The position numbers and the translations under genes were made by a program. A stretch of 64,000 nt of DNA, taken from positions 124,001-188,000 of the forward strand of contig VJWM01000196.1 in assembly GCA_010909165.1 (NCBI GenBank). Direction: 5' to 3'. Below, in pieces: positions 11,401-25,200 of the stretch. Each line of letters begins with the position of its first letter. Positions within the stretch are counted from its first letter, which is position 1. A model generated the notes under the pieces. The model did no database searches and was not told the origin of the DNA. It worked only from the letters and a program-made list of their open reading frames with translations. This DNA is from Anthoceros angustus (taxonomy: Eukaryota; Plantae; Anthocerotophyta).

Positions 11401-14012
11401 GGGACGATAACGGCCGACACTGCTCCCGACACAAGGCAAAGGGATCCGGAGTCCTCAGGATGGAGCCTTCTAGCTACCCTACGCAGCGCAGCGCAGCTTC
11501 CACATGCGCTCTACGGCCCCAGCATCATCAAGCCCCTGGGTCTGGGTACGCCCAGCCTAACTGCGAACCCAATTGTTAAACAAGGATCTTTGCAACCACC
11601 ACGTGGACCGAGAGTCGGACCTCGGACTCGGACTCGGACTCGGACTCACGCAAACAATCTAACACGGGACGGTGGTCAACACCCAACGGAAAGCAGCAGC
11701 AGCAGCAGCAAGTCAGACTGCAGTGCAGCCTGCACTGGCTCCCTTCCGCTCCTCTCTGCTATTTGCTAGGCTATGCTCTGAGTTTCTACCAGCCAAGCAG
11801 AACAAGCCAAAAAAAACCCCTGACTTGCCGGACCTGCTCCGGATCCGCGTGCGATGGCCATGACGAACGACGACGTCCGACGACAACGATGACGACTGGT
11901 GGCCGCAGGGCCAGGAGGCCTGCCGGAATCCAGACCAAGTTTAGGTAGCTAGCCAAGCGCGAGCGTCCCACCGGGTGACCGACGTCGGCATCGACGTCCA
12001 AGCCTGGTGTCCCCAGAGTTGAGTACTGAGCAGCCGGCCAGCTGTTGCCAGAGACCAGAAAGCACGACCGTTTTCGGATCCATGGGCATCATGTCCCTTC
12101 TGTGATGTTGCCTTTTTTTATTCTTTTGCTTGCCTGCACAGTACTCGGGCCATGCAATCATGGAAACGTGTAGATTTTGGATGCCTGGTTAAAACCGAAC
12201 CCGATGAGGATATGTCCACTTGTCTTACTAAGATCATGAGCGCAGAATTCTGAGCTGACGGAGGGTAGGCATGCAAACGGAATGATGCTCAACGACCAAG
12301 ATATACAACAACAGCCAGCCCACTGGTTGACACCATGTGGATTACGCAATGTTCTCTTTAGGCAGGTTGGCAGTATTAGTGGTTTCAACTTATAGCACAA
12401 GCCGGGGTTTACCGGTTCTGGTGGCATCCGGCATGAAAGACACAGTCCGGAGGTTGGGAAAATAGACGCCAGTAGTCCATCTTTCTACACACTTTTCTAT
12501 TCTTTGGCCTCTCTGAGCTTCCAGATCCGAGTTGGTTTTTCCACCAACACAGAATCTGGCGGTACTAGCTAGTTGCTGACAGATTTCACGTTCCGGTGCT
12601 CCTTCCTGTCAGAAGGCACCATCGGTTGTTGAAGGCCCGGGTGTTACGAAGGAGCCATGAGCCAAGAAAAGAAAACTGCCCAGTAATGCCATATGGGAGT
12701 TTCCAATTAGCTCCAGGCTCCAGCAGTAGACTTCTGTTGCGTGAACGACAGCTTTCTCTCTTGGGGCACTTACGCTGAAGAATGTCCTACGTGGTGTCAG
12801 GACACATCTTGTTCTGGATCTCCAGATGTCAATTGCCGTAGCCTGGTACTTTTTCGGAACCGGAGTGATCAGGAGCGCCTCAACCACCTTGGTTCGTTCT
12901 GCCAAGGACAGAGGTGGCACCCACCCATGGCCTGTCTGCAGATCTAGCTGAATATCCACGGATCAAACCTCTCAACTAATGCGAGCACAGGTCTCCGATA
13001 ATCTATAACAGGTTCACTAGCTATCCACTGCAATTGCAGGAGCCAACATTGGCAGGTGCTTCACGTTCGAATCATTAGTAACGTTAGCTTCGTGCGACTT
13101 TCAGCTTAGAACAAGTGCAGATAGGCACACGACGTCACTACTCGTTAATGCATTGAGAAGAAAGGCCTGCTTCTAGAGATACTCTAGACATCGAGCGCTC
13201 AATAAACCAGACTCGACCGAATATCTATAGCTGTGGCTTGGGCTTGGGCAGAATTTAAACTTGACCGGATCCACAGATGGATTGGGGCGAAATGCCCATC
13301 ACAAGTGAGCAGGGCAACCATGGGCGCCACAATCTTAGAGCTTGCAAGTTGCATCTACATGAGAAGCCGGAATACAAAGCATATTTACTTACGAGTCTGT
13401 AATGCTACATTCATCGTACAAATTGTACAAGATCAGGTCCGCAGGAGGCAAGCCTGAAGACTAGTCTATGGTGTAAGGTGACGGTTGCCAAGATCATTGT
13501 CTGGCTGCCTCATACCCATCACTGGGCACTTCCAAAATTTACCTCGCGCATGGAAAGCTGCAGCTCCTACAGACATCACGAAGGATATCCATAGTACGAA
13601 GCAGAACGACACTCAAACTTCCCAGTTGAGGAGAGCCAGAAGAACTGGCTCAAAGTCGATAATTCAGTCTTAAGTACAGCAGTACTAGCCTCGGCCTGCA
13701 GGTTGGTGTCGCATATCATGTCGACAAAGTCGTGCCCAATTCCCCTGCTCGTCCCGTTAGGACTCGTATATATGTAGCTTGCATGGTATAACATCTGCAG
13801 GATAGCTGATTCTCCCGCTCGGGCCTCTATGTAGGGACCCAGAGTTTGATCTCTGGTCCCAGCTCCCAGCTGTGCACAATGCGCAGTACAGCAAGCTTGC
13901 TTGTGTGCGTCGAGGATAGTCTTGCAGGCGATGCCCTTCCGCGCCTGAGATATCGAGCGATGTCCTAGAGTGGTCACCAGATACTCATCGAAACCTTGGA
14001 AGAAGCCACACC

Positions 14013-16677
14013 TCATGCCGCTCCCACACCTAAGAAGTCAATGAAAGGGACGGCCGGCTCCGACTCAGCAGGACCGTCTGCTGCACCATGATCTACAATA
14101 GTATCCGATGGTGGCATGGACGCCCAGGATCCAGCAACCCCAGTCATGAGCTTGAGCGAGCTCCCAGACTCCTTCATCCCGCGAGAGACCTGCTGCCCGC
14201 AGTTGGCGGCGAGCTGCTCCAGCAGCCCTACTTCAGATCTGTGGGCGGAGACGCCGTTGTTGGTGGCAGCCTCCTTAGGCTGCAAACCGCATGCACTGTG
14301 CTTCCCCACGCCTGCATGCAGCAAGCTAGCGCCGGACGACATGCTGGCACGGCCGTCGAAGAACCAGGGGCTGCTGCTGCTGCCGCCTCCGCCTGCACCT
14401 CTGTCGCCAAGGACGTTCTGCAAGCCGGTCCTCGCAGGCTTGTGCGAAACGGGGTTGGACGGGGTGCTGGCGCCGGAGCTGAGGTTCCCGGAATCCGACC
14501 TGGTGAAGGTGGTGGACTCGGCCGGCGGGAAGGTGTGCCCCGGGGAGTCGGCCAGGTCGAACACCTCCTTCCGTATGCCCATGCCCATACCGCTGCCGCT
14601 GCCCATGCCGCTGCTGGAGCTGAAGCTGTGGCGCAGCAGAGTGGCCGCCGCTTCGTTGCTCTTCGTGGGCTGCGCGTTCACGTTGAACGGCAGCTTGCCG
14701 GAAGTACCGGTGCTGAACCACTGCGGGGAGATGGAACCTGCATAGGTGAGCCCCCCGTGAAGAGATGTCTTGAGTCCCACAAAGGACGAGTCGGACAACG
14801 ACCCTTTCTCCGCCCCTGATTCTGCTGTCGCCCGGGAGAGGTGCAGCCCCGAGGTCGCATTCCTGTCCTGAACATGATGATGATGATGCTGCTGCTCCTG
14901 ATCCCCGACCCCAGCACCACCGGCTGCCGACGAGGGCGTAAGCCCGGGCACGAAGAGCCTGGAGCCTGCAAGCGGAGCGGGACGAGCAAAATCAGACCGT
15001 GACCCCATTTAGTGACGAAGACAGAGCGGTCATGGTAAAAAGCAAAGGCGACGCGAGAATAGCAGAGAGACAGTGCTGAGCGTGTCGTTACCTTTGAGGA
15101 CATGGTCGGCGTTGTTTATGGAGAGCAAGGTGTGAGCGTTTGCAGCCGGCGCAGCAAACCTGTTGAGGTTGAACGCCATGTGCCCGGCTGCTGCAGCGCC
15201 AGCGCCAGCAGATTGGAAGGAGCTGCTGCTGCTGCCGGCCTCCTTCTCCCCGATGCACAGAGACAGGCCGGATGGAAGCTTGGAGATGCTGAGGCCGCCT
15301 CCCGCTCCCGCTCCGGCGCCTGCTCCGTCCCTGTCCGGCGCCATGTTGAAGAGGCTCCCGGGTGCCCCGCCCGGCTGGAAGCCGTGGAGGGATGTCGTGG
15401 AGGAGGCCATGATGTGGTCGTCGGAGGAGGTGGAGTTGATGGAGGACTTCTCGATCCAGGCGATGAGCGAGTCCGCGGCGGAGTGCGCACCCGCCCCGCC
15501 TCTGGCACCGGATGCCAGCCTCTTGAATCCCGTAATGTTGGCCGCCGAGGAAGGCGAGGAGAGGCCGGGGGAGGCGGAGCCGGAGGCGGAAGCAGGGGCC
15601 GAGGCCGGGCCGGTTCCGGTTCCGGTTCCAGTTCCTGTGCGCGGGCGATTCGCCTGGCTCTTGCGCCGCCCGTAGGCCCGAGATCGCTCTCGGAACTTCC
15701 TGGCCATCACCACATGCCAGTGGTTCTTGACGGCATTGTCGGTCCTGCCGGGGAAAATCCTGGCGATCATGGCCCACTTGTTGCCGTGGAAGCGGTGCGC
15801 GGCCAGCAGCTTCTCCTCCTCCTCCTCGGTGAAGGGGCGGCGGTTGATCCTGGGGTCCAATTGATTGAACCATCTCAGCCTGCAGCTCTTTCCTGCGTCA
15901 TCCGGGGCAAGCGCAGCAAGCAACGTAAATGACGAGAATTGTTGGAAGCAAGTTTGAAAAGGGAAGGGTTGCAAGGAAGGAAGAAGGGAAGGAAGCAAGA
16001 AGGAAGGTTGATTGCAGGGCCGGGCCGGGCAGGGCAGGGAAACCCTACCAGATCGGCCTTGGAGCTTCTCGGCGATGAGATTCCAATTCTGCGGGCCGTA
16101 TTGCGACACCAGCTCGCGCAGCTTCTCGTCCTCGGCGGGCCGCCAGTGGCCTCTGGGGCAAAGCTTGGATTGCACGCTATCCATCTCCTTGCCCAGCGAA
16201 CTGTCGTGGTCCTCGTTGGTGGAGTCCTTCATGTCGTCCAGGCTGCCGGTGTGGTCCATCTCCTCGTCTTCCTCGCTGGAGGGGATGCGCAGCTCCAGCC
16301 CCGGGCTGGCCGCGGCGGAGGCGGCAGCGGGAGACGGGGCGGAGGCGGAGGCGGAGGCTGAGGCTGAGGCTGAGCAGCCCTCCATCGACCGCATCCTCCA
16401 GGCGGCGCGCGCGTCCGGCGGGAGCCCCATCCCCAGGCCCTGGAAGGCTATCTCGGAGGCTGCAGGCGGGGGGCCAGGCCCCAGGCCGGGGTGGGTGTCG
16501 GAGGAGGCGCACGCCCGCAGCCTGCCGTGCGTGATGCTGCTGCTGCCTCCGCCAGTGATTCTGTCGGGAGTAGCATCCTCCAAGGAGAAGAAGTGGCGAG
16601 GCGCCTTGTCTCCTGCCACAGCCTGCTGCTGCTGCTGCTGCTGCTGGTGATGCTGGTGTTGCTGGTGTTGCTGCTGG

Positions 16678-16713
<36 letters not shown>

Positions 16714-16892
16714 AGCTTGAGGGATGTGTAGACAGAGTCGAGAGTGGGGCCGGAGGCGGGAGGCAGGGAGAGCGATTGGGGAGAAGCGCGCATTGCCAAC
16801 TGAAACTGCTCGCGGTGGGAGAAGGGCTGCTCCCCCAGATTGTACGCGGTCCGCATTCTCTTGGCGCCCTGGGCAATGTGAAGGCACATCAT
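14013..16892 (-). CDS. R2R3-MYB transcription factor, subgroup-21 type (AtMYB52/54/56/105/117-like), ~865 aa, 3 exons: 16892-16049, 15892-15092, 14965-14013
   Basis: R2R3 domain [38 protein letters not shown]^[66 protein letters not shown]-terminal FIDFLGVG motif. GT-AG introns 15893-16048 and 14966-15091 are in consistent phase. The start is taken as the first in-frame ATG. Confidence 0.93.
16622..16708 (-). repeat. (CAG/CAC)n poly-Gln/His tract in MYB exon 1
   Basis: Encodes [29 protein letters not shown]. Confidence 0.95.
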
Positions 16893-18189
16893 AGCCGGGA
16901 GGGAGCCAGCCTTGCCTGCTTGCCAGCCGCTGCAAGCCAGCCCAGGGCAAGGCAAGGCAGGCGCACTGGGCACTGGGCACAAGCACGCACGCACGCAGAG
17001 AGCAGCGGCGAACAAGGTTGCAGGAGAGGAGAGGCTGGGAGGGATGGAATGGAGTGGAATAGAAGGGAAACAGGAAGGCAGGGTTGCTAAAGCAGGGAGA
17101 GGAGGTGGAGGCGGAAGTGGAAGTGGAAGTGGAAGTGCAAGGGACGGCGAGGCGGGGTGAGAGGCGAGGTGGGTGGAAGCGAGGCGGGGGCGAGGCAGGG
17201 GCGGAGGCAGGGGCGAGGCGGAGCGGAGCGGAATGGGAGCAGGGGCGGAGCAGGCTCTCCTGCTGTGTGCTCTCTCTTGTTAGACTAGAAGCAGATGGAG
17301 GTGGCTACTCGGAAGACGTCTGCGTCTGCGTCTGCGTCTCCGTCCACGTCTGCGTCTGGTGGCAGAGGCGAGCAGAGCGGGAGCAGGCAGGCAGGCAGGC
17401 TCTGGACAGGACAGACAGCCTCTCTCTCTCTTGCGATTGCAAAGGACAAGCATTTAAGAGGGGCGAGGCAGCAGAGCAGGCCGGCGAGGAGAGCCCAACC
17501 CCCCACACTACACCACTACTGGTCCTAGTCCCGACCGAGCCAATTTGTGCACATTTTGCATTTGCCCAAATCCAGACTGCATTTCCCGCTGCTGGCGGCC
17601 TGGCCTGGCCTGGTCTGGCCTGGTAATCCGGTGGGCTTAGGGAGCAGGCAAGCCATCCCATGGCGACCGCCCATGGCGCTGGCGCCACTTTGGTTCGTAG
17701 GCGCAAGACTAGAGGGTTGCGGATTAGGAAGCGGGGATCCAGCGAAAGCGGCGGGGGGAATCCGGTGACGTGGGAAGCTTTTGCTTGGTGCCTTGGTGCC
17801 TTGGTGCCATGGTGCCGTGGTGCCTGGCGCTGGCCCTGTCGCTGCCTCTGCTTCTGCCTCTGCCGCTGCCGCTGCGCGCGACCCTGATTAACCGTTAACC
17901 ACCGTTCCCTATTACACAACAACACAGATACCGGCCGACCCAAATAACGTCTTTAACGGAAAACACGCTCCCTAATTTCGTGTACCCATTACCCGGCCTG
18001 CGGCCTGCCTGCGTGCCTGCCTGCTGTTGCTCCTGGCTCCTGGCTCCTGGCTCCCGGCCCGCTGCGTGAAAATGCATGTGTAAGTCAATGCTCCAAGCCT
18101 TGACCGTGTTAAATGATGTTCAAGCTCGGGCCGTACGTACACCGTGTGAAACCGGCTGCTTAATGCTCAACTGTGACAGCCCACCTACC

Positions 18190-18308
18190 CGTAACCCCGT
18201 AACCCTGTAACCCTGTAACCCTGTAACCCCTGCAACCCTGTAACCCCTGCAACCCTGTAACCCTGTAACCCTGTAACCCTGTAACCCTGTAACCCGTAAC
18301 TGTAACCC
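18190..18308. repeat. (TAACCCTG)n octamer tandem repeat
   Basis: About 14 imperfect units read directly. Confidence 0.9.
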
Positions 18309-18601
18309 TAGTATGTATGTATGTACCTCCATGGCTCATGGCGCTCGGCCCGAGCACATGATACAAACATACATTTTAAGGAAGGAGCCCGGCCCGGCCC
18401 CTGGGATGGGGATGGGAGCCTGGCCTGGGCCGACCGTAATGATGGAGGCAGCTGCTTCTGCTGCTTGAAGGAGCGGGCGCGGTGCCGTTATGGCCCAAAA
18501 TTGGGGCGCCTCGCAGGCCGAGCCCAATCATCCGCGCCCCATCATTCATTATGATGCCCGCCTCTGCCTCTGCCACTGCCACTGCCACTGCCACTGCCTC
18601 T

Positions 18602-18633
<32 letters not shown>

Positions 18634-19352
18634 CCCGCTGCCCCTGCCCCGCTGCCCCTGCCCGCAGAGGGGGAGCTTTCATGAAGGGAGAACATGGAGG
18701 ATTAGAGCTTTCAGTGCGCTTGGCTTCATAGGGATTTGGGGCCTTGGGTTTGCCCTTTTTCTATTTGCGTAACCGTAACGGGGACAGATTTGAGGGGAAT
18801 GCCGAGCAGTGCAGCAGCGAGTGCAGAGTGGGTAGCGTGTGCTTTATTTGCGGGGGGGCTGGGCCCGATTTTTGGTGTTGCCAGATGATTGGATTTGGGG
18901 AAATGGGCTTTGTCCTCCTGTCAACAAATGCCGTGATCTGCTTACCCATTTTTAGACGCGCGGCTGAGACACAGGCATTGCAGCCAGCCCCAGCCCAAGC
19001 CTCCGTCTCCGGGGTCGGGGTCGGGGTCGGGGTCGGGCTCCGGTGCCCGGGCCCAGGCACCAAGCACAGCCTACAGCCTGCCAGAATCCAGGCTTGTGTC
19101 TGCCACTGCGCGTTCCGCAATCCGCCTTCCGTCTTTGGCCGCGTAAATGTAATGCCGAACGCGATGCTTCAGGTTTGAGGCAGGCTCGAGCGAAGCTGCG
19201 AAGCGAATTGATCCCCAAGAATCCGCAACAAAATATTTTGTGCTTGCAATCCCCAATGCACACTATGTACCTCGCTACATTATGTGGCTTTTGACTGCGC
19301 TTTCACCACCTTTGACCGCCTCGGGCACGGCGCCCCATTGTGGAATGGAATA

Positions 19353-19472
19353 GAATGCGAATGCGAATGCGAATGCGAATGCGAATGCGAATGCGAATGC
19401 GAATGCGAATGCGAATGCGAATGCGAATGCGAATGCGAATGCGAATGCGAATGCGAATGCGAATGCGAATGC
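19353..19472. repeat. (GAATGC)20 perfect microsatellite
   Basis: 120 nt of uninterrupted hexamer. Confidence 0.97.
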
Positions 19473-20858
19473 GAATTCATGGGAATGTGAAAAGGCCTGT
19501 GCACATGTACAAGAAGCATATGCGCCGTGTTGGCGGGATGCCGCCAACGCCATACCGCCATATGAAAGGAAATTTAAACACTCCCGCGGCTGCCAATGCC
19601 GGGAGCGCTAAAATCCACCCGGGTCCCGAGTTTCCCGGCCCGCCCTCGAGCCCCGTCCCGTTCTCTTCCCCGTTCCGTCGGGAGCGGCAGGCGCATCGGC
19701 GCGTCGGCGCACTGTGCACGAGGGGCCCGGGAGGTGACTTGCTGCTTGCATGAGTTTTGTAGGGAAGGGAAATGGCGGGGCCCTCGCCGGCCTGCAGCTG
19801 GGATGAGATACGCGTATGTTTGTTGTGTGAAGGGGAGAAGGGGAGAAGGGGAGAAGGGGAGAAGGGAAGAAGGGGAGAGGGGGTCTGGGCTGCATACCGT
19901 TGGCGACCCTTTGGTTCATCGGGTGATGGGCGATGGGGACTTGGCGTCCGAAAAGGGGAGCATCACTTCGGCGTGGCCACCATCTGCTGGTGTGACAAAC
20001 GTGAGCCCTCGGCACCAACGACCGGTGCCGGCCAGTTGCCGCCCGCTGCGGTATGTTTATGTCGGTTGCAAATGTGAAGGGAGGAGGAGAACGTTGCGCG
20101 GTGGCAAACATCGGGCGGAGAACGAGACGGGATAATATTCTTGCGCCACTGGCAGGGGAATAAAGGCCAACGCAAACCTAACGCAAGGCAAGGCAAGAAC
20201 GCAAGCCAGCGCAACGCAGAGCAAAGCAAGCCCCCGGCGGGCTCTGGCTTCTTACCGGCTTTCAACGCAACCGCCTTGTAGCCTGTAGCGTCCGTGTGTT
20301 AAGAGCCTGGGGCTGTGCTGGGGAAACGAGATGCCTCTCCGTACCACGGACTGGGGGCTGATGTCATGCACCCTGTCAGTGCGCCTACCCCACAAGAGCT
20401 GGACTGGAATGGGCTGTTGAGCAGCTGCAGCACAACAAGCAACACAAGCAAACGGTTGCGAAACAGATAACTAGACTAGACTACATTTGCACATTCTCTA
20501 CAGTAGTCTGCCTTCTTTCCAGCCCATTGCGCTGCCCGGGATTTGGCGGGGTGCGGGGCCGGCGACGCCAGGCTAGGCGACCTAGCCGGACCCAACCCTG
20601 TGCCTTTGCCTTTCCTTTACCATCGCTGTGGCAGTGGCCAATAATGCATGCACGCTGCTGGGCCTGGGCCTTGATGATAACAGGCTCAGAGGCGGAGAAG
20701 CTGGGCCCTCTGCCATGATCCTTGCAGAATCCACATTCCGATCTTTCCGTCCGCCACATCGTCATGTGCCGTGTTGGTAATTGCGTGGCCACCAAAAGCT
20801 CGCTAAAGCATGCTTATTTAGCAGGCGGAAAAGCTGACATGGTGTATGATTACATCAT

Positions 20859-20985
20859 GGCTGGCGCTGGCGCTGGCGCTGGCGCTGGCGCTGGCTGGCC
20901 CTGGCCCTGGCCCTGGCCCTGGCCCTGGCCCTGGCCCTGGCCCTGGCCCTGGCCCTGGCCCAGGCCCAGGCGCTGGAGCTGGAGC
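20859..20985. repeat. Compound (GCTGGC)n-(CCTGGC)n microsatellite
   Basis: Read directly. Confidence 0.9.
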
Positions 20986-22100
20986 CTGCCTGCCCCTCTT
21001 GCCTCTGTGCGCGTCTGCGTCTGCTTCTGCACCTCTGATGCCGCTGCCACTGGTGGGACGGGATGAGTGAGAGCGCGACCATAGGCCCTAGGGTAGGTGA
21101 TGCCTGCATGCATGTCTGTGACATATCCGAATGATGACACCGGGACCTCATCTGAGCGGATCCGGATCCGGAGCTCCGCTGCGCTTGTGCAAATCGCGAT
21201 GCTCGCCGGTCAGCCCGCTGCAAAAGTCGATTCTATGTAGGCCTGGAGCGGACTGGAGTCCGACTCTGCCAAGGCCTGCTGCAGGCTCAGCTGCTGCCCG
21301 GACCTCGGCCTCTGGACTGCACTAGTACTCCACTGGTTACTGCTCACTGGACAGCTAGCCACCTAGCTGCATGCTTTCAAGTATTTGCTTGCCCTTGCCC
21401 TTGCCCTTGCCCTTGCCCTTGGGAGGTCTCACCTCCTCCCCCGGCCCCTTTTACTCCCCGAGTCCCACACGTACCAAAGGGAAAAGCACAGTACCTCCTG
21501 CTGCCGTCGACATCGTTCAATTGCATGAGTGTACATACGGTAGGAGTAGGAGTAGGAATATGGAGATGCGTACGTCGACAATTGGATTCCTTGCTTCAAT
21601 TTGGAAGTTGGTGTCGTCGAAAATGAGGAAAAAGCTTGGGACCAAAGTGCTGGCAAGGGCGGAGGCTGTTGGGACCCTGGCCTGCCTGGCCACGGGGGGC
21701 CCGGGATATTGGATTCCCATTGGTGCACGTACGTACTACGTAACGCAACGACGCCACGCCCATAACGGATCGGACACCATTACCATAGCAGTGGATGTGG
21801 AATCTCCACGACTTCCTAGTCCAACAAGTCTTCCATGCTTCTTCTTCTTCTCTTCTTCTTCTTCCATGTTTGTACTACGTCTTTTATCGGGACTAGATTA
21901 CTTGCTTCTTTACACATGTCCATGTGGTGGGTACATATTTGGTTATTTGGTTATCGTGCCGGCAGAACCGACCGGCCGGCCGGGCAGTTGCATCCCAAGT
22001 CTACTCTGGTCTTTCTTTGTGACATGTACATACAAAGCTACAAAATCGCCGATATTGGTGTTGTTAGATACAAACCTACCTACCTAACCGAACCTACCCA

Positions 22101-22166
22101 GTCGGAGTCGGAGTCGGAGTCGGAGTCGGAGTCGGAGTCGGAGTCGGAGTCGGAGTCGGAGTCGGA

Positions 22167-22206
<40 letters not shown>

Positions 22207-22227
22207 ACGTCGACGTCGACGTCGGAG
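22101..22227. repeat. Compound (GTCGGA)n-(GTCGGC)n-(GTCGAC)n microsatellite
   Basis: Three hexamers in register, each one substitution from the previous one. Confidence 0.95.
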
Positions 22228-25200
22228 TGAAGAGCAGGGACCTAGTCCAGGAATTCCACTCCAGCTGCTGCTGGTGCTGGTGCCTGTGCTACTTTTTCAC
22301 TTCCCTGGCCAGTGAGGTAACGGTTTGCAGATGCCCATGGGCCATGGCCCTCCACTGCCACCGACAAAGAAGCAACGAAGCAACTGGGAATGCAAAGGAA
22401 ATCAAAGGCACGGGAAAAAAGCAGAAGCCAGATACGTATTATCACACTGGGTGTACAGTAGGAGGGTGATGGCCCCAGTTGGGGTTGGGTGTTGGGTGGG
22501 GACAAATATTGGGGTTGGCATGCAATATGCAGATTGTCTTGTAGCTCAAAAGAAAAAGGGAGCCGAAGGGCAGGCAATAAATGAGGGCTAGAGTTGCATC
22601 CAGGGCTCTCTTGCTGCCACGCCTCTCCTCTCTTGTTGCCTCGGACTCCGCGCCGTCATGCTTAGATATGGGACCAGGCGGCAGAGGCCCAGGCCCATCC
22701 CGCATTCAATGCCGCGGCCCGGCTCAGGCTTTTCGCCCAGCCGGGCCTTCCTTTGTGAACTGGCAGCCTGAGGAAGGCTCCGATCAGTCTGCCTAAATCG
22801 GACCCGGGGCCCGGGAGCCTGGGGAGCCCGAATCGGGATCCATGCCCGCCTGGGAGCTAAGCTTCGCAAAAAGCAGCCCGGCTGCCTCTGGTTGCCGTTT
22901 GATGGCTTGATGAGAGCAACGTTCCCGGTTTCCAGCTCCCGGTTCCCGACGTGAAAACCGGAAGCTCCCTGGCCGGGGCCGGGGGAACGGGCGACCCAGT
23001 CAGGAGTCTAGTCAGGCCGTGCCGTAACAGGACAACAACACACAAGCCCGACTTCGGGCTCGACTTCCCATGTGCTATGCCCACGGCGGCCACTGCAGTG
23101 CTAGCGCTAGCGGTGCGCGCATCGGGATCAGATCCCGGAGCCCACTCCCAGTCCGACTCCACGGCACAGTATGTTGGGATTGCTGTAATACGTAGTGTAC
23201 ATACCACATATCTAGCAGTAGTGGTACAGCACATCACTTGTAGTACATGCTTTGCGTGCTCCGCTTTTGTAATGTACTGTATGGAGTGCTCGTTTGGGGC
23301 ACGACAAGGCAAGCGCGCCCAGGCCCCATTTTCCCAAAAATGCCTTGCTGCCGCTGCTTGAGGCAGGGCCAGGGCCAGGCAGTGCCTCTTAGGCCCAGGC
23401 CGGCCCGATTCGGGCACTCGCCTCCAGGCCAAGGCCCACGAGTGACGGGGGCGGGGCTGCAACCTTGCCCAACATCCCAAACGGTTTGCCATAAACATGC
23501 CACAAAAGCAGGCCAGTTATTAGCGAGCCGTAATGGGGGACAGGGAGGGGCTGGTCCTGGCAGAGGCAGTGGCAGTGGCAGGGCCGAGGGGCATCTGGCA
23601 CCGTGACGTCAACATTCTGAGCGCCTACGCGAGAGTGTGTAAAATATTGATTGAGATGCACATGAATCAGGGGCAGAGAGCTTGGGTTGGGCTTTTGCCC
23701 CTGGAACTTCGTCGGGTGCGATTAATGGGGGATATTCTGCGTTTGGTTTGTGGAATTGAGACGGCATGTTCCTCCCTGACAGGATCCACTGTCTCCCTGC
23801 CTCTGCCTCGGCCTCTGCCTCTGCCGTGGCTCCAGGACCTGGCCCCCAGCGCAAAACGGGAGTTGGAAGAGACTGTGGGGCCCTTACAGATCAGTGCTAC
23901 TGCCACTGCCCATGCCCCTCCCGTTCTGTTTGCTCTCCGTGCGGGCACATATAACGGTTGCAAGTGACGTGGTGGGCTGGGCGTGTGGTAGGGCCAGTCC
24001 CAGCTCCAGTCCCACCGCGGCTGCCCCAGGCACTAAAGCACTAAAAGAAGCGACGCAACAACTTGTTTCTTGTTCCGTTCCCACCGACTTGCTTTTGGCC
24101 TCTCTCTGCCTTGGGTGCAGCGGCAGCCCATGGCGCCACGGAAACAGAACAGGTCACGACTGGGGTAGCCTTCGATGTGCCACTGCCCCCAGTGTCCACA
24201 GTCGTCCCCTTCGCCTACATTAGACGCACTAAACTTGAGAAATTTCGAATGACACAAGTATTCGGCCTGGGACCGGTGCTCGCAGGCCACATCAAAATAG
24301 AGACGTGAGTACCTGTGTCTGCGGCATTGGGCGGGCCTGGACTGGACAGGGGCAAGGGGCAAGGGCAAGTTGCAAGAGCAGGGCCCGCCTTTGCAGTGCA
24401 CACTCCTGGGGCTTCACCCCTTGATTTCTTTCTTTCCGCTTCTACCCAAGATCTTACACAAGTCTAGAGTGTGTGGACTGTGGACAGTGCGGAGTGTGTG
24501 CTGCAACGGTTCCAACACCTGAACCTGGGACCTGGGACCCGGGACCTGGGACCTGGGACCTGAATCTGAACGCGGACAGTTACAGTTTTCAAACGGTTCG
24601 GTTCATAAACGACCCTATCATCCCCTTCTCTCGTGTGCCGGCCCTGGCCCTGGAACGGAATCCACGCTTGTTGCTTTTGCTCAAATCGGCTTCCAACCTT
24701 TTTAATCCGATACAGGCTAGCTTCCTTCCGTGTGGCGTTTTGGGGATTGGTTCCAGAGTCCAGACCGGTTGCAGTTCCGGTTGCAGTTGCAGTTGCAGTT
24801 GCGGTTGCACACACGAACGGCATGGCGAGCAGTTGGCGCTGTTGGGTAGCTAGCATTGGCAATGGCATGCAGATGTGGCCTTCCTCGCCGCGCATCACCT
24901 GTTTGTCGTCTACCATATACGCGTCTTTAATTGATGGCGACCTGCCTCCCTCTCAGTGTGCAGTAGTCTGCAGCGCACCGTAAGCTAGTGAGCGTTACTC
25001 CAGGCCGGTACGGGTGCGGGAGATGAATGGACGCCGCAGCAGCGGCGTGCCATCGCCCGGGACTGATCAGACACCGCCCAGGCCCCAGCCTTCAATAAAG
25101 CCTTCCACGCTCCAGCCTCCAGCCATCGCCCAACAAGTCAGCCTCCCAGTGCCCTGCTTGGGAAGCTACGCAGGTACAGACCATGATTCATCACTATCCT

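Noticed and set aside
8500-13000. Possible decayed coding sequence
   Set aside because: I could assign no motif in any frame, so it is left unannotated.
14088-17090. Long antisense and alternative-frame ORFs over the MYB gene
   Set aside because: These are shadow ORFs of a GC-rich coding sequence.
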